A stretch of DNA of 64,000 bases from an uncultured Verrucomicrobiae bacterium. Lineage in GTDB: Bacteria; Verrucomicrobiota; Verrucomicrobiia; Chthoniobacterales; JAFAMB01. Under the pieces are notes generated by a model. That model did not search any database, was not told the origin of the DNA, and worked only from the letters and a program-made list of their open reading frames with translations. The position numbers were made by a program, and so were the translations under genes. The DNA is taken from assembly GCA_963762565.1 (NCBI GenBank), contig CAVXLD010000014.1, positions 1-64,000 on the forward strand, given 5' to 3'. Position 1 is the stretch's first letter; every line of letters begins with the position of its first letter. This document shows positions 18,924 to 28,307 of the stretch, in pieces.

Positions 18924-20024
18924 ATGAGTGCCAGTCAAAATAAAAAGACGGACTTCAAAGCGAAAACCGCAAAAGGGCCGAATAAGTTCAAACAGCTATT
19001 TGGGGTGACCGCCGGGATTGCCATACTGGTTGTGGCATTCATTTTGAGCTTGGCAGCTTGGAACTTCAATGAGCTCCACCCCAGAACCGACGATGCCGTG
19101 GCGCGAGCAAATATAATCGGGATCGCACCAAGGGTTTCGGGCCCGATTATCAAGGTTAACGTTCGTGACAATCAACAGGTTAAGAGCGGAGAACCATTGT
19201 TTGAAATTGATCCGGCGGATTTTGAGTTAGCAGTTGACCGGGCGCAAGCCGCCTTGGCCTCCTTGGATGAGCAGATCGAAACTGGTAAGGCGCAGGACGC
19301 TCAATTAAAATATCAGGTGAAAGCTGCGGAAGCCGCCGTCCAACAAGCAGCGGCGGAGCGCGATCAGGCCGCGGACACACTGCACCGGCTTGAACCGCTA
19401 CTTCCGAAAGGCTTTACCACCAAGGAACAAGTCGACGAGGCACGCACGAAGGTTTCCGCCTTGGACGCAGAAGTTGCTCAAGCGAACGAGAAACTGAACC
19501 AGGCCCGCGTAGCAGTTAGCTCCTTGGCGACCTTACAAGCGGAGCGACCGGGAGCGGTGGCGACGCTGGGCACCACTAAATTGGAGCTATCCTACACCAA
19601 AGTATTCGCGCCATTCGACGGACAGGTCGTAGGTTTGAACATTTCCGAGGGAGCCTATGCTCATGCCGGAGTTGAGGTTTTTTCATTTCTAGACTCCAGG
19701 CAGTGGTATGTGCTGGCGAACTTTCGCGAGCGCGAGCTGAAGAATATCCAACCCGGCATGACCGCTGAGATCTATCTTCTCTCTAATCCTGATCGCCGCT
19801 TCGAAGGAACCGTTGAAGGCATCTCACCGGCAGTGCAGTCTCAGGACGACAACGTGGAAATTAAGGGAATGCCCTTTGTGAAGCGTGATCTGAATTGGGT
19901 CAGGATCGCTCAACGTTTTCCGGTCCGTATTGAGATTAAGAACCCTGACCCTAGCATCTTTCGGATGGGGACTACCGCGGTAACTACCATTAAAGGTTTC
20001 GCTCCCGCAGTTGGTAAGAATTGA
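18924..20024 (+). CDS. mdtN: MdtN/HlyD membrane fusion protein
   Basis: PRTDDA, IAPRVSG, DNQQVKSGEPLFEIDP, ANFRE, WVRIAQRFPVRI. Confidence 0.88.
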   Translation: MSASQNKKTDFKAKTAKGPNKFKQLFGVTAGIAILVVAFILSLAAWNFNELHPRTDDAVARANIIGIAPRVSGPIIKVNVRDNQQVKSGEPLFEIDPADFELAVDRAQAALASLDEQIETGKAQDAQLKYQVKAAEAAVQQAAAERDQAADTLHRLEPLLPKGFTTKEQVDEARTKVSALDAEVAQANEKLNQARVAVSSLATLQAERPGAVATLGTTKLELSYTKVFAPFDGQVVGLNISEGAYAHAGVEVFSFLDSRQWYVLANFRERELKNIQPGMTAEIYLLSNPDRRFEGTVEGISPAVQSQDDNVEIKGMPFVKRDLNWVRIAQRFPVRIEIKNPDPSIFRMGTTAVTTIKGFAPAVGKN

Positions 20025-20058
20025 CCTCACGCCCGAGCATGCGTTCCAACAGAGCGCA

Positions 20059-20137
20059 TGACTCCAGCACTCCAATACTCCATCACTCCGCTCTACAGAA
20101 TTCGAGAACGACGACGACGACGAGGACGAGAACGAAG
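20059..20137. repeat. Composite CACTCCA(G) 8-mer plus GACGAG 6-mer array (copy 1)
   Basis: actccagcactccaatactccatcactcc followed by ttcgagaacgacgacgacgacgaggacgagaacgaa; same arrangement at 33770-33849 and 42750-42827. Confidence 0.8.
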
Positions 20138-20150
20138 GGCAGTCACACCA

Positions 20151-22265
20151 ATGTCAGGAGGAGTCACAGATTACCCAGCTAATATAGAGTCCGAGAAACA
20201 GGGACTATTCGGCATCCTTTGGAGCGAGCTTAAGCCATACCCCGGACGCGACCTGTCGGCGTTGCGGATGGCGATAGCCTGCACTGCCATCGTTCTAATA
20301 TCGAACACTTTCAGGCTACCCCTGCAGGACGTCCTACCCTTCCTGTTACTGTTTGTTGCAAAAGAAGAGAAGATAACGACCACCATCACCGCGGTTCTCG
20401 CGCTATTCGCGATTACGATCTCGGTCGGGGCGGCCCTTTTGATCTTCAAGTGCACCGGTAACCGCCCCGAATTCAGAATTCCCGGAATGGCCGTCGAGAT
20501 ATTTGTTGGGATGTATCTGTTCCGCATCCTGTCGATCGGACCGGTTGGATTTATTTTGGCATTCATCGTGTCGGTAACACAGAGTATCGTCGACCTGTTT
20601 CCTACTCCCGAGGAGGCTGTTCACGAGTACCTTTGGGTTTGGGTTGCCGTCGCGCTCTGCGCCGGTTTTAGCTTGCTCGCGAATCTATGGTTGTTTCCCG
20701 TGCCTGCTCGCCGGGTCCTACAGAGAGAGTTTGTCGACGACTGGCAGAAAGTCGCCAGTGCTCTCACGGCGCTCATCGATGGCTCGCCCGTAGCCACAAG
20801 GCGTTTGCTGCGCCCGCTGGTGAAGGGCGGTCCGACGCGGTTACTCAAACTGCTTAAGCTCTCTTTAATTGAGGCTCACGATTTACGGCAAAAGCAAACG
20901 GAACTGACGCATCTGATCCTGGCGCTCGATAAGACCGCCCGTCTGATCTTCTCGCATTCCATCCGCTTGTCGGCGCATGACTCGCTTTCCCCCGCAGAAA
21001 AGGCGATTCTCGGCCGCCTAAAAGAACAAGCAGAGTATTTTAAGAGTGAATTCCTAGCCGGTTTTGTGCCGTCCCCACCGGTTTCTGTCCCCTCGGAGGA
21101 AAGAAACGAGGACTCGTTACCGCCTAAAGTGATCGAAGCCGAGCGAACGCTCGAGGATTTGGCAGTGCCGCCGGACGAGGGTCAGGCGAAAAAGCCGGCG
21201 CCAAGCGCAAAGAAATCCCTTTTTGTGGCAGACGCTTTTACTAATCCCCGGCATGTACAATTTGCTTTGAAAGTCACCTTGGCAGGAATGATTGGATACA
21301 TCTTCTACACTGCCAGCGATTACTTCGGTATTCACACCGTCTATTATACCCCTCTTATTATCGCCCTAGGCAGCACTGGAGCTACTATTCATAAAGGTGC
21401 GCTCCGAATTGTGGGCTGTGTGATCGGAGGCGTGTTGGGCCTGATCTGCACTATCTGGCTGATCCCAAGGTTTGAAAGCTTGGGGATGTATCTCCTGATC
21501 GTGTTCTGCTTGCACGGATTCGCGGCTTGGGTCGCTTTTGGCAGTGAACGAATTTCGTATATTGGGCTCCAAATTGCGCTGACTTTCGACCTCGGCGTCT
21601 TGCAAAACTATGGCCCGCCTACCAAGATTGACCCAATCCGGGACCGGCTTATCGGCGTCTTCCTCGGCATTTGTATCATTAGTATTGTCTTTTCTCTGGT
21701 GTGGCCGGAAGGGGCCGGATCTTTTCTCCGTGAGAAGCTGGCCGCGTGTCTCCGCTCTATCGCTGGTCTATTGAGCCTGGATCATTCCCCGGATTCAAAA
21801 CCGCAACGCCAACAGCTGGAGTTAGAAATTGCCTCGCGTCTTTCTGAAGCGAATACCTTCGAGGAACAAGCCACCTTCGAGGCGCTGGTTTACGGAACGG
21901 AACCAAGAAAAGCAGTGGATCTGAAGGATGTGATCCCGGCGATCGAAGAGATTTATGCGGCCTCGCTGCCGTGGGTTCGAGAACGTGTCGCGACGACGAT
22001 GGTTACCGATCAGGATACGGTTAGTCGCGGGATGGACATAGTTAAACCATTAGTACAAGCGGTGAAAGCAAGCGCAGCGAAAGTCGAAGGCTCTGACGAT
22101 CAAAAGATCATTCAAGAAGAACCACCTCTCGAGACCACCCCGCAAGAAGGAGATTCGCTCAGCGATGCCGGCCGCACTCTTGCAAGTTTTCGAGAATTGG
22201 TTGCTGCAGTGAAAGAGCTACAAGTAGTGGTTTCAGGAGGGGAGTCGCCTGCGACCGTTTCGTAG
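20151..22265 (+). CDS. mdtO: FUSC/MdtO-family inner-membrane efflux subunit
   Basis: ELKPYPGR, DAFTNPRHVQFALKVTLA, GIHT, GSERISYIGLQIA. Confidence 0.85.
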   Translation: MSGGVTDYPANIESEKQGLFGILWSELKPYPGRDLSALRMAIACTAIVLISNTFRLPLQDVLPFLLLFVAKEEKITTTITAVLALFAITISVGAALLIFKCTGNRPEFRIPGMAVEIFVGMYLFRILSIGPVGFILAFIVSVTQSIVDLFPTPEEAVHEYLWVWVAVALCAGFSLLANLWLFPVPARRVLQREFVDDWQKVASALTALIDGSPVATRRLLRPLVKGGPTRLLKLLKLSLIEAHDLRQKQTELTHLILALDKTARLIFSHSIRLSAHDSLSPAEKAILGRLKEQAEYFKSEFLAGFVPSPPVSVPSEERNEDSLPPKVIEAERTLEDLAVPPDEGQAKKPAPSAKKSLFVADAFTNPRHVQFALKVTLAGMIGYIFYTASDYFGIHTVYYTPLIIALGSTGATIHKGALRIVGCVIGGVLGLICTIWLIPRFESLGMYLLIVFCLHGFAAWVAFGSERISYIGLQIALTFDLGVLQNYGPPTKIDPIRDRLIGVFLGICIISIVFSLVWPEGAGSFLREKLAACLRSIAGLLSLDHSPDSKPQRQQLELEIASRLSEANTFEEQATFEALVYGTEPRKAVDLKDVIPAIEEIYAASLPWVRERVATTMVTDQDTVSRGMDIVKPLVQAVKASAAKVEGSDDQKIIQEEPPLETTPQEGDSLSDAGRTLASFRELVAAVKELQVVVSGGESPATVS

Positions 22266-22323
22266 ACCTGTTATCTTATTCCGTCGCCGCTTATTCGGGT
22301 TGACCTAAGGGACCTAAATCTTC

Positions 22324-22554
22324 TGTCCCGGAGGGACTAAAATGAAGGTAGCCAGGCATGAAATGCCTGGGAAATCCGCAGACACGATCCGTCCCGTAGG
22401 GAACGGTATGTCTAAGGCGCCATGGTTTGTTCACCGCCCAACACGATCGGACACGCTCGCCAATTGATCAGACCGTACCCTACGGGACGGATTCCTTATA
22501 CGGCGTTTCCAGGCATTTCATGCCTGGCTACCTTCATTTAGTCCCTTCGGGACA
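22324..22554. repeat. REPIN-like element, family C (copy 2), between convergent genes
   Basis: gtcccggagggac..atgaaggtagccaggcatgaaatgcctgg ... ccaggcatttcatgcctggctaccttcat..gtcccttcgggac. Confidence 0.9.
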
Positions 22555-22580
22555 AAACAAGCGCGGCGTTCTGTCGACGT

Positions 22581-23510
22581 TTACGCGTGGGCGCTAGACT
22601 TCTCTCCGACTTGGAACACCAGCGGCTCGACCGAAAGCTCTTTAATGAGCTTCGCCCGCACCTTTCGCAACAGTTCTTCATCAGCAGAACTTGGAAAAAC
22701 TAAGCCGAGATAGGTGCCGGTATGCGCTGCAACTAATCCTAGCGCATGGAAGTCATCGGCTAATCGGCTAGCAACAGAGAAACCTCTTTTCGGTAAGAGT
22801 TGATCGTTCAGTCTGGCGCTCCGAGTCGAGGCGTGGAATAGGCCGGCTGGATCATTCGTTTGCATGAGTGAACAAAGGGCCTGGTACTCGCGGTTAAAAC
22901 GGCGGCGAGCGGCATCCAGGTGGTGGACAGCCTCGGTATCGATGCGTTCTTCGGGGGCTGTATCCCACGCGACCAGAACACAACGAGGCGCGGTTCCCGC
23001 AATCGAGAAACGTCCCGCAACCGGGTTAGTCGCAATAATTAGCTCCGGCCGAAAAAGGAAGTCGGAGCGTTCGACGCGGCACATGATTTGAAAAAGCGTG
23101 ACCTCACTGACATCAAGGTTTCTGTGATGTTTGATCGCCAAAAGAGCCGAGGCGATGTCGACACTGCTGGAACCTAGCCCTTTGCCGGCTGGCGGTGAGT
23201 TTAGAATGGTAATCCGGTAGTTACAATCTGCAGCGAACCCGCAGGCATTCGCCATTTCCTGCACGGCCAGTTCGGTCTTCTGCTTCGAGCTGATCGAGTG
23301 TGGCTCAGCCACAATGGAAAGACTCGGAGCCGGTTCGATCGCGGCCAGTGTCCGGAATGGAGAGGAAGTCGTGGTGAACGGAAAAACGATCGGGTCTCCG
23401 TTTTCGTCGGTGCCCTGGAGCCATTCGCCAACTTTGCCTGTCACCCATTGGGCACCGTTCGGCGTTTGGCGTGGCGCGTTTGGCGTTCGGCTTTGCAAAG
23501 TTGGCGGCAT
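22581..23510 (-). CDS. pduX: L-threonine kinase PduX/BluE-like (GHMP kinase)
   Basis: GKVGEWLQG, SPPAGKGLGSSSVD GHMP loop, ERSD, AAHTGT; divergent from the cob operon. Confidence 0.82.
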   Translation of the reverse strand: MPPTLQSRTPNAPRQTPNGAQWVTGKVGEWLQGTDENGDPIVFPFTTTSSPFRTLAAIEPAPSLSIVAEPHSISSKQKTELAVQEMANACGFAADCNYRITILNSPPAGKGLGSSSVDIASALLAIKHHRNLDVSEVTLFQIMCRVERSDFLFRPELIIATNPVAGRFSIAGTAPRCVLVAWDTAPEERIDTEAVHHLDAARRRFNREYQALCSLMQTNDPAGLFHASTRSARLNDQLLPKRGFSVASRLADDFHALGLVAAHTGTYLGLVFPSSADEELLRKVRAKLIKELSVEPLVFQVGEKSSAHA

Positions 23511-23606
23511 CGATTGGCAATAGGTCAGACAGGTCGCAGAAGTCAAACGGGCCGACAGGCGCGGCCATTCAGGCGCCGCCGAACGCCGAACGCCGAACGC
23601 CAAACG
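23455..23606. repeat. Inverted pair of AACGCCR heptamer arrays
   Basis: cgttcggcgtttggcgtggcgcgtttggcgttcgg (23456-23490) pairs with cgccgaacgccgaacgccgaacgccaaacg (23577-23606); the pair brackets the pduX start codon. Confidence 0.8.
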
Positions 23607-23612
23607 GCCTCC

Positions 23613-23641
23613 TTGACACTGCTGCCGATCCATGGTGGACT
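23613..23641 (+). promoter_or_regulatory. Putative sigma-70 promoter of the cob operon
   Basis: TTGACA-17 nt-TGGACT with an extended TG, just upstream of the riboswitch. Confidence 0.45.
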
Positions 23642-23665
23642 GATTCCGGTTTTTTGAAAGAACAC

Positions 23666-23840
23666 GTCCGTGGATTCATGGAAGACCGTGAGAACCGGTC
23701 ACAGTAGCGCTGCGGTATCGAGTTACGATTCTCCACTGTGATTTCGATCACAGAAGCCAATCAATCGGAGATTGGTGAAGGCTGGAGAAAAGGCGTCCCT
23801 ACAGGGCAAATGCTCGGAGTCCGAATACTTGGCCACGGAC
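23666..23840 (+). ncRNA. Cobalamin riboswitch
   Basis: Closing stem gtccgtgg/ccacggac; GGAAG-accgTGAGAAccggt; agcca...gaaggct; B12-box-like GAGTCCGAATAC; internal stems ttctcca/tggagaa and a UUCG hairpin; 66 nt upstream of bluB. Confidence 0.82.
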
Positions 23841-23906
23841 CTTTTCACCGGATCGCTTATTAGCGGTTACGAGAAAACTTCATCGCATTAATGAAGCGTG
23901 AAATGA

Positions 23907-25715
23907 ATGACCACCCAGCCAACATCAAATAAAAGCCAGCTCGCCGCAGCGGCCCCAACCGAGGAATTCTCTAACCTCGACCAAGACCTCATCCATCGGT
24001 TGATTCTTGCTCGCCGGGATATTCGGCAATTTCGTCCGGAACCGATCAGTGAAAATGCACTGTTTCGCATCCTGGGAGCCGCTCATGCCGCGCCGTCAGT
24101 CGGACTGATGCAGCCTTGGAATTTTATTCTGATCGACTCACTGGATATCCGCCGGCAAATCAAAAGTAGTTTCGCCGCGGTCAATGCTCGTGAACAAGGC
24201 AAGCTCGAGGGCGATCCACGAAGCGAACTTTATGGTTCCTTAAAATTGGAAGGTATTTTAGAGGCTCCCCTGAACATCGCGGTCACCTGCGATCATTCCC
24301 GAGGCGGACCGTTTGTACTCGGGCGCGGGCCGATGCCCCGTACGGCCGCGTATAGCGTTTGTCTCGCGATCGAAAATCTTTGGTTGGCCGCCCGGGTCGA
24401 GGGAGTCGGAGTAGGCTGGGTCAGCATTTTGGATCCGGAAGCGGTCGGCAAATTATTGGAACTGCCTCCAGAGGTAGAACTGATTGCTTATCTCTGTATC
24501 GGGTATCCAATCGAGTTTCGTCCGAAACCGTTGCTCGAAGAAGTTGGCTGGAGAACTCGGGAACAGTTGCAGCCGTTCGTGTTTGCCAACCGCTGGGGTA
24601 ATCCCAGGAAGTTGGAAGATCCGCGGGCTCCTCTCTTAAAAGAACCGGTTCCGGAAGCAAACAGCGCCATTGCAGAAGCAGCTCGCCTTAAGATCGCTCG
24701 AAAAACTAAACCATTAGGGTCACTCGGCGTCTTGGAGCAGATCGCTGTGCGTTTAGCAGCGCTGCAACAGACCTTGGCGCCAAAGCTCACTCGCAAACGC
24801 ATCTGCATCTATGCCGGTACACATGGGATAACCGCGGAGGGTGTCAGCGCTTATCCGAGTGAGGTGACGGGACAAATGGTACTGAATTTTCTGCAGGGAG
24901 GAGCCGCCATCAACGTTCTCGCCCGTCATGCTGGTATCGATCTGCAAATTATTGATGCCGGGATAAATACGATTTGGCCGGAGGAAATTGCTAATAGGCC
25001 GAACTTTTCTGTCCGGTCGATCCGGCCGGGCACTCGAAACTTTTTGAACGAACCGGCGATGTCACTCGGAGAATGCGAGCAGGCGATCGATATCGGACGC
25101 GAACAGGTGCAAAGGGCGCAAACCGATGGCGTAGAAGTCCTGGGAATCGGTGAGATGGGGATCGGTAATACGACGTCTGCCTCCTGCTTGCTGGCCGTGC
25201 TCTGCGGGTTCAGTCCTGCAGAAGCGGTAGGACGAGGGACTGGAGTTAGCGACGCAGTTCTGAATCGCAAAATTGACGTTGTCAGTCGAGCGATTGAGCG
25301 CCATTCAGCGGCTGCGTCTGGCGAGCTCGGAATTTATTGGCTCCAAGTCGTCGGAGGCTTCGAAATTGCCGCTATGACAGGCACGATCCTGGCAGCAGCA
25401 GAAAGCAGTCTGCCGCTGGTAGTCGATGGTTTCATTGCGACGGCTGCGGCTGCAGCCGCTTTTCAAATCAATCCGAGATCTCGCAACGTCTGTTTCTTTA
25501 GCCATCGCTCGGATGAACAGGCACACGGTAAGGCGCTACGCGCTCTCGGCGTCGAGCCGTTGCTCGATCTGAAAATGCGACTCGGCGAGGGAACTGGCGC
25601 CGCGCTGGCCATGCCGGTTCTGGACGCGGCGGCAAAGGTGCTCTGTGAGATGGCAACGTTCGATACCGCGAACGTTTCCGGCGCAGTTTCCGACCAGGGC
25701 TCCTCCAATGAATGA
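23907..25715 (+). CDS. bluB-cobT: BluB-CobT fusion (DMB synthase + nicotinate-nucleotide:DMB phosphoribosyltransferase)
   Basis: N-terminal RRDIR.F, APSVGLMQPWNF, LKLEGI, GVGWVS; C-terminal KTKPLGSLG, GEMGIGNTT, MRLGEGTGA. Confidence 0.93.
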   Translation: MTTQPTSNKSQLAAAAPTEEFSNLDQDLIHRLILARRDIRQFRPEPISENALFRILGAAHAAPSVGLMQPWNFILIDSLDIRRQIKSSFAAVNAREQGKLEGDPRSELYGSLKLEGILEAPLNIAVTCDHSRGGPFVLGRGPMPRTAAYSVCLAIENLWLAARVEGVGVGWVSILDPEAVGKLLELPPEVELIAYLCIGYPIEFRPKPLLEEVGWRTREQLQPFVFANRWGNPRKLEDPRAPLLKEPVPEANSAIAEAARLKIARKTKPLGSLGVLEQIAVRLAALQQTLAPKLTRKRICIYAGTHGITAEGVSAYPSEVTGQMVLNFLQGGAAINVLARHAGIDLQIIDAGINTIWPEEIANRPNFSVRSIRPGTRNFLNEPAMSLGECEQAIDIGREQVQRAQTDGVEVLGIGEMGIGNTTSASCLLAVLCGFSPAEAVGRGTGVSDAVLNRKIDVVSRAIERHSAAASGELGIYWLQVVGGFEIAAMTGTILAAAESSLPLVVDGFIATAAAAAAFQINPRSRNVCFFSHRSDEQAHGKALRALGVEPLLDLKMRLGEGTGAALAMPVLDAAAKVLCEMATFDTANVSGAVSDQGSSNE

Positions 25716-26502
25716 CACTAATCCGGTTGCCGCAGCGCGTCGTCAGCTGAACACGTTTCTGGCGGCGGTGATGTTTCTTACCCGTCTACCGGTCGGCCGG
25801 TTCTACCAATTCCGAGAGGAAGAAGCCGCTTTGTCTACCATTTATTTTCCAGTCGTTGGATCATTGATTGGACTGGCTGGCGGACTCGCTTTGTTAACAT
25901 CTGCTGTTATGCCGTCGTTCGTGGCGGTCCTGCTTTCGATGTTAGTTACTATCTGCCTTACCGGTGGTTTGCATGAGGACGGGCTAGCCGATTTCGCTGA
26001 CGGACTGATTGGCGGCCAAGACCGAGAACGCCGGCTCGAAATCATGAAGGACAGCCGGATCGGTGTTTATGGGGCGTTGGCCTTGTGGTTTTCTCTAACC
26101 GCGAAGCTGGTCCTAGTCCAGACGCTATTGGCCGCTAGCCTGGTCACGGCTATCAGAGCCAGCGTGATTGCCCATTGCTTGGGACGCCTAGCAACTGTGG
26201 CCTTGTTATCCGCTCTCCCTTACGTCCGGTTAGAATATTCCAAATCGAGTCATTTCGGAAACAAAGTCACATTCCTTAACGTGGCTATTGTCCTCGTCTT
26301 CGGCATTATCCTTTCGCTCTTGCTGCTGCATCTTCAGGGAGTGATCTGCTGGGCAATTGCCATCGTGGTCACGTTCGTCTGTGGGCTTTACTTCAAAGGC
26401 AAGATTGGTGGAATCACCGGAGACTGTCTCGGTGCGGCCAACCAGCTGGTCGAATTGAGCGCCTATCTTTCTCTGATCGGTCTGCAGTCTGCTAAAACCT
26501 GA
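25708..26502 (+). CDS. cobS: Adenosylcobinamide-GDP ribazoletransferase (cobalamin synthase)
   Basis: FLTRLP, TGGLHEDGLADFADG, IMKDSRIG, GGITGDCLGA. Confidence 0.95.
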   Translation: MNDTNPVAAARRQLNTFLAAVMFLTRLPVGRFYQFREEEAALSTIYFPVVGSLIGLAGGLALLTSAVMPSFVAVLLSMLVTICLTGGLHEDGLADFADGLIGGQDRERRLEIMKDSRIGVYGALALWFSLTAKLVLVQTLLAASLVTAIRASVIAHCLGRLATVALLSALPYVRLEYSKSSHFGNKVTFLNVAIVLVFGIILSLLLLHLQGVICWAIAIVVTFVCGLYFKGKIGGITGDCLGAANQLVELSAYLSLIGLQSAKT

Positions 26503-26508
26503 ACGGCC

Positions 26509-27039
26509 GTGAACGGATTCATCCATTTTGTTTTAGGTGGGAGTCGAAGCGGCAAAAGTCGCCGAGCCGAATCTTTGGCTAACGCTTCCGGTCAATCTGT
26601 TGTCTACATCGCGACCTACGCTGCGGACCCGACCGATGAGGAGATGTCTCAACGCGTGCAGCGCCATCGGCAGCACCGGCCTTCTGAATGGAAAACGATT
26701 GAGAACCGCTTCGATCTCGACAACGTCGTGAGGGAGACCAAAGATGTGCTGTTCCTGCTTGATTGCCTGACCTTGTGGCTCTCCTTGCACCTCACAAAGG
26801 GGCGTTCCTCCGAGCAAATCTTGAAAGAGCTAGAGCAGACGCTGCTGCTGATTCGCGAGCTGGACCGATCCGTCATTATTGTTAGTAACGAAGTGGGTGC
26901 GGGAATTGTGCCATTAATGCCTGAGAGTCGCGCGTTTCGCGATCTATGTGGCTCGGCAAATCAGCTAGTGGCGGCGCATGCTACCACGGTTGAATTATTA
27001 GTGGCAGGATTACCGTTGGTTTTGAAAGGGGGCGTCTAA
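26509..27039 (+). CDS. cobU: Adenosylcobinamide kinase/guanylyltransferase
   Basis: GGSRSGKS, DEEM..RV.RHR, DCLTLW, VSNEVG.GIVP. Confidence 0.95.
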   Translation: MNGFIHFVLGGSRSGKSRRAESLANASGQSVVYIATYAADPTDEEMSQRVQRHRQHRPSEWKTIENRFDLDNVVRETKDVLFLLDCLTLWLSLHLTKGRSSEQILKELEQTLLLIRELDRSVIIVSNEVGAGIVPLMPESRAFRDLCGSANQLVAAHATTVELLVAGLPLVLKGGV

Positions 27040-27041
27040 CC

Positions 27042-28307
27042 ATGTCACAAGCTCTTCACGGCGGCGGAGTCCGGCAAGCAGCGGATCGGTTTGGGCTCCC
27101 GCTAGAATCTTTCATCGATTTCAGTTCCAACGTAAACGTTCTGGCGCCGGCGGTTCCTGCCGGCGATTGGAAAGCGTGGATGAGCGAAATCCATCGTTAC
27201 CCGGAGCCCGCTGAGCTTAAGGAACAACTCGGTAGCTTCTACAATGTGAGGGTCGAACATCTTCTTCCTACGGCTGGTGCGATCGAAGCTCTCTATCTCT
27301 CTGCCCGGCTGTTTGCCGGCTGCAAAGTTGCAGTAGTGGAGCCGAGCTTCAGCGACTATAGCCGCGCGTTCAGCAGCGTCCCTTGCTCAGTTGAAAGGAT
27401 TCTGTTGACGCCCGAGCTTTGGACTCGCTCCATTAGGGAATGGACTGATCGGTTAGAACCGTTTGATGTCGTTGTTCTGGGTAATCCTAACAACCCGACC
27501 GGGACCTTCCAATCACTCGCCACTCTAACCGCCTTAGTCGATAGACCTTGGGGGCGGCCCAAGCACTGGATCGTCGACGAAGCGTTTATCGAATTTGTGA
27601 CCGAGTACGAGCATGAGACATTGCTGAGCCGGCTTTCGGACTATCCTTCGCTCATCGTTTTGCGATCGCTAACCAAAAGTTGGCGTATTCCGGGGCTTCG
27701 TTTCGGTTTTTTAGCGACAGCCAGCCGGTTGGAAGAACTTGAAAGGATGCAGCCGCCGTGGAGCGTTAATGGCGTCGTTCATGCTTGGGCCAGAGAGTTT
27801 CTTCGTCAAGAACATCGCGCCGAATATCTGGCTTCGCTGCGGACGCTAGCCATGCTTCGCGACGATTTCGAAGCTAGTCTGCGGCCTATTCCTGGTATAA
27901 CAGTCCACCTATCGGCTGTCAATTTCCTGCTGTTGGAACTAACCGATTCCTCCCTAGAGGCGACTCACATCTATTCCGAGCTCGGGCGTCGCGGAATTTT
28001 GGTGCGGACCTGCGACTCCTTTTATGGAATGCCGAAAGGTCGATTTATTCGCGTGGCGGTTAGGACGGCCGCAGAAAACCAGAGACTGGTTGATGTACTC
28101 TCCAAGGTTTGCGGGAAACTGGGGGACCGAACTGCGCGCGAGGATCCGACTTCGCCAAGCGAAAGAACAAACAACCATGAGACCACAGGCTACGTCGGAC
28201 AGGCTGCGCGCCCTCCCTGTGAACGCCGAGAACGACCGATCGCCCAATCACCAATCACTAATCACCAATCACCTCTCACTTCTCACACAGACGGGAGGGC
28301 CGCATGA
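27042..28307 (+). CDS. cobD: Threonine-phosphate decarboxylase with a repeat-derived C-terminal tail
   Basis: HGG, DFSSNVN, NPNNPTG, DEAFIEF, SLTK...PGLRFG, RVAVR; roughly the last 60 residues are encoded by repeats. Confidence 0.92.
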   Translation: MSQALHGGGVRQAADRFGLPLESFIDFSSNVNVLAPAVPAGDWKAWMSEIHRYPEPAELKEQLGSFYNVRVEHLLPTAGAIEALYLSARLFAGCKVAVVEPSFSDYSRAFSSVPCSVERILLTPELWTRSIREWTDRLEPFDVVVLGNPNNPTGTFQSLATLTALVDRPWGRPKHWIVDEAFIEFVTEYEHETLLSRLSDYPSLIVLRSLTKSWRIPGLRFGFLATASRLEELERMQPPWSVNGVVHAWAREFLRQEHRAEYLASLRTLAMLRDDFEASLRPIPGITVHLSAVNFLLLELTDSSLEATHIYSELGRRGILVRTCDSFYGMPKGRFIRVAVRTAAENQRLVDVLSKVCGKLGDRTAREDPTSPSERTNNHETTGYVGQAARPPCERRERPIAQSPITNHQSPLTSHTDGRAA

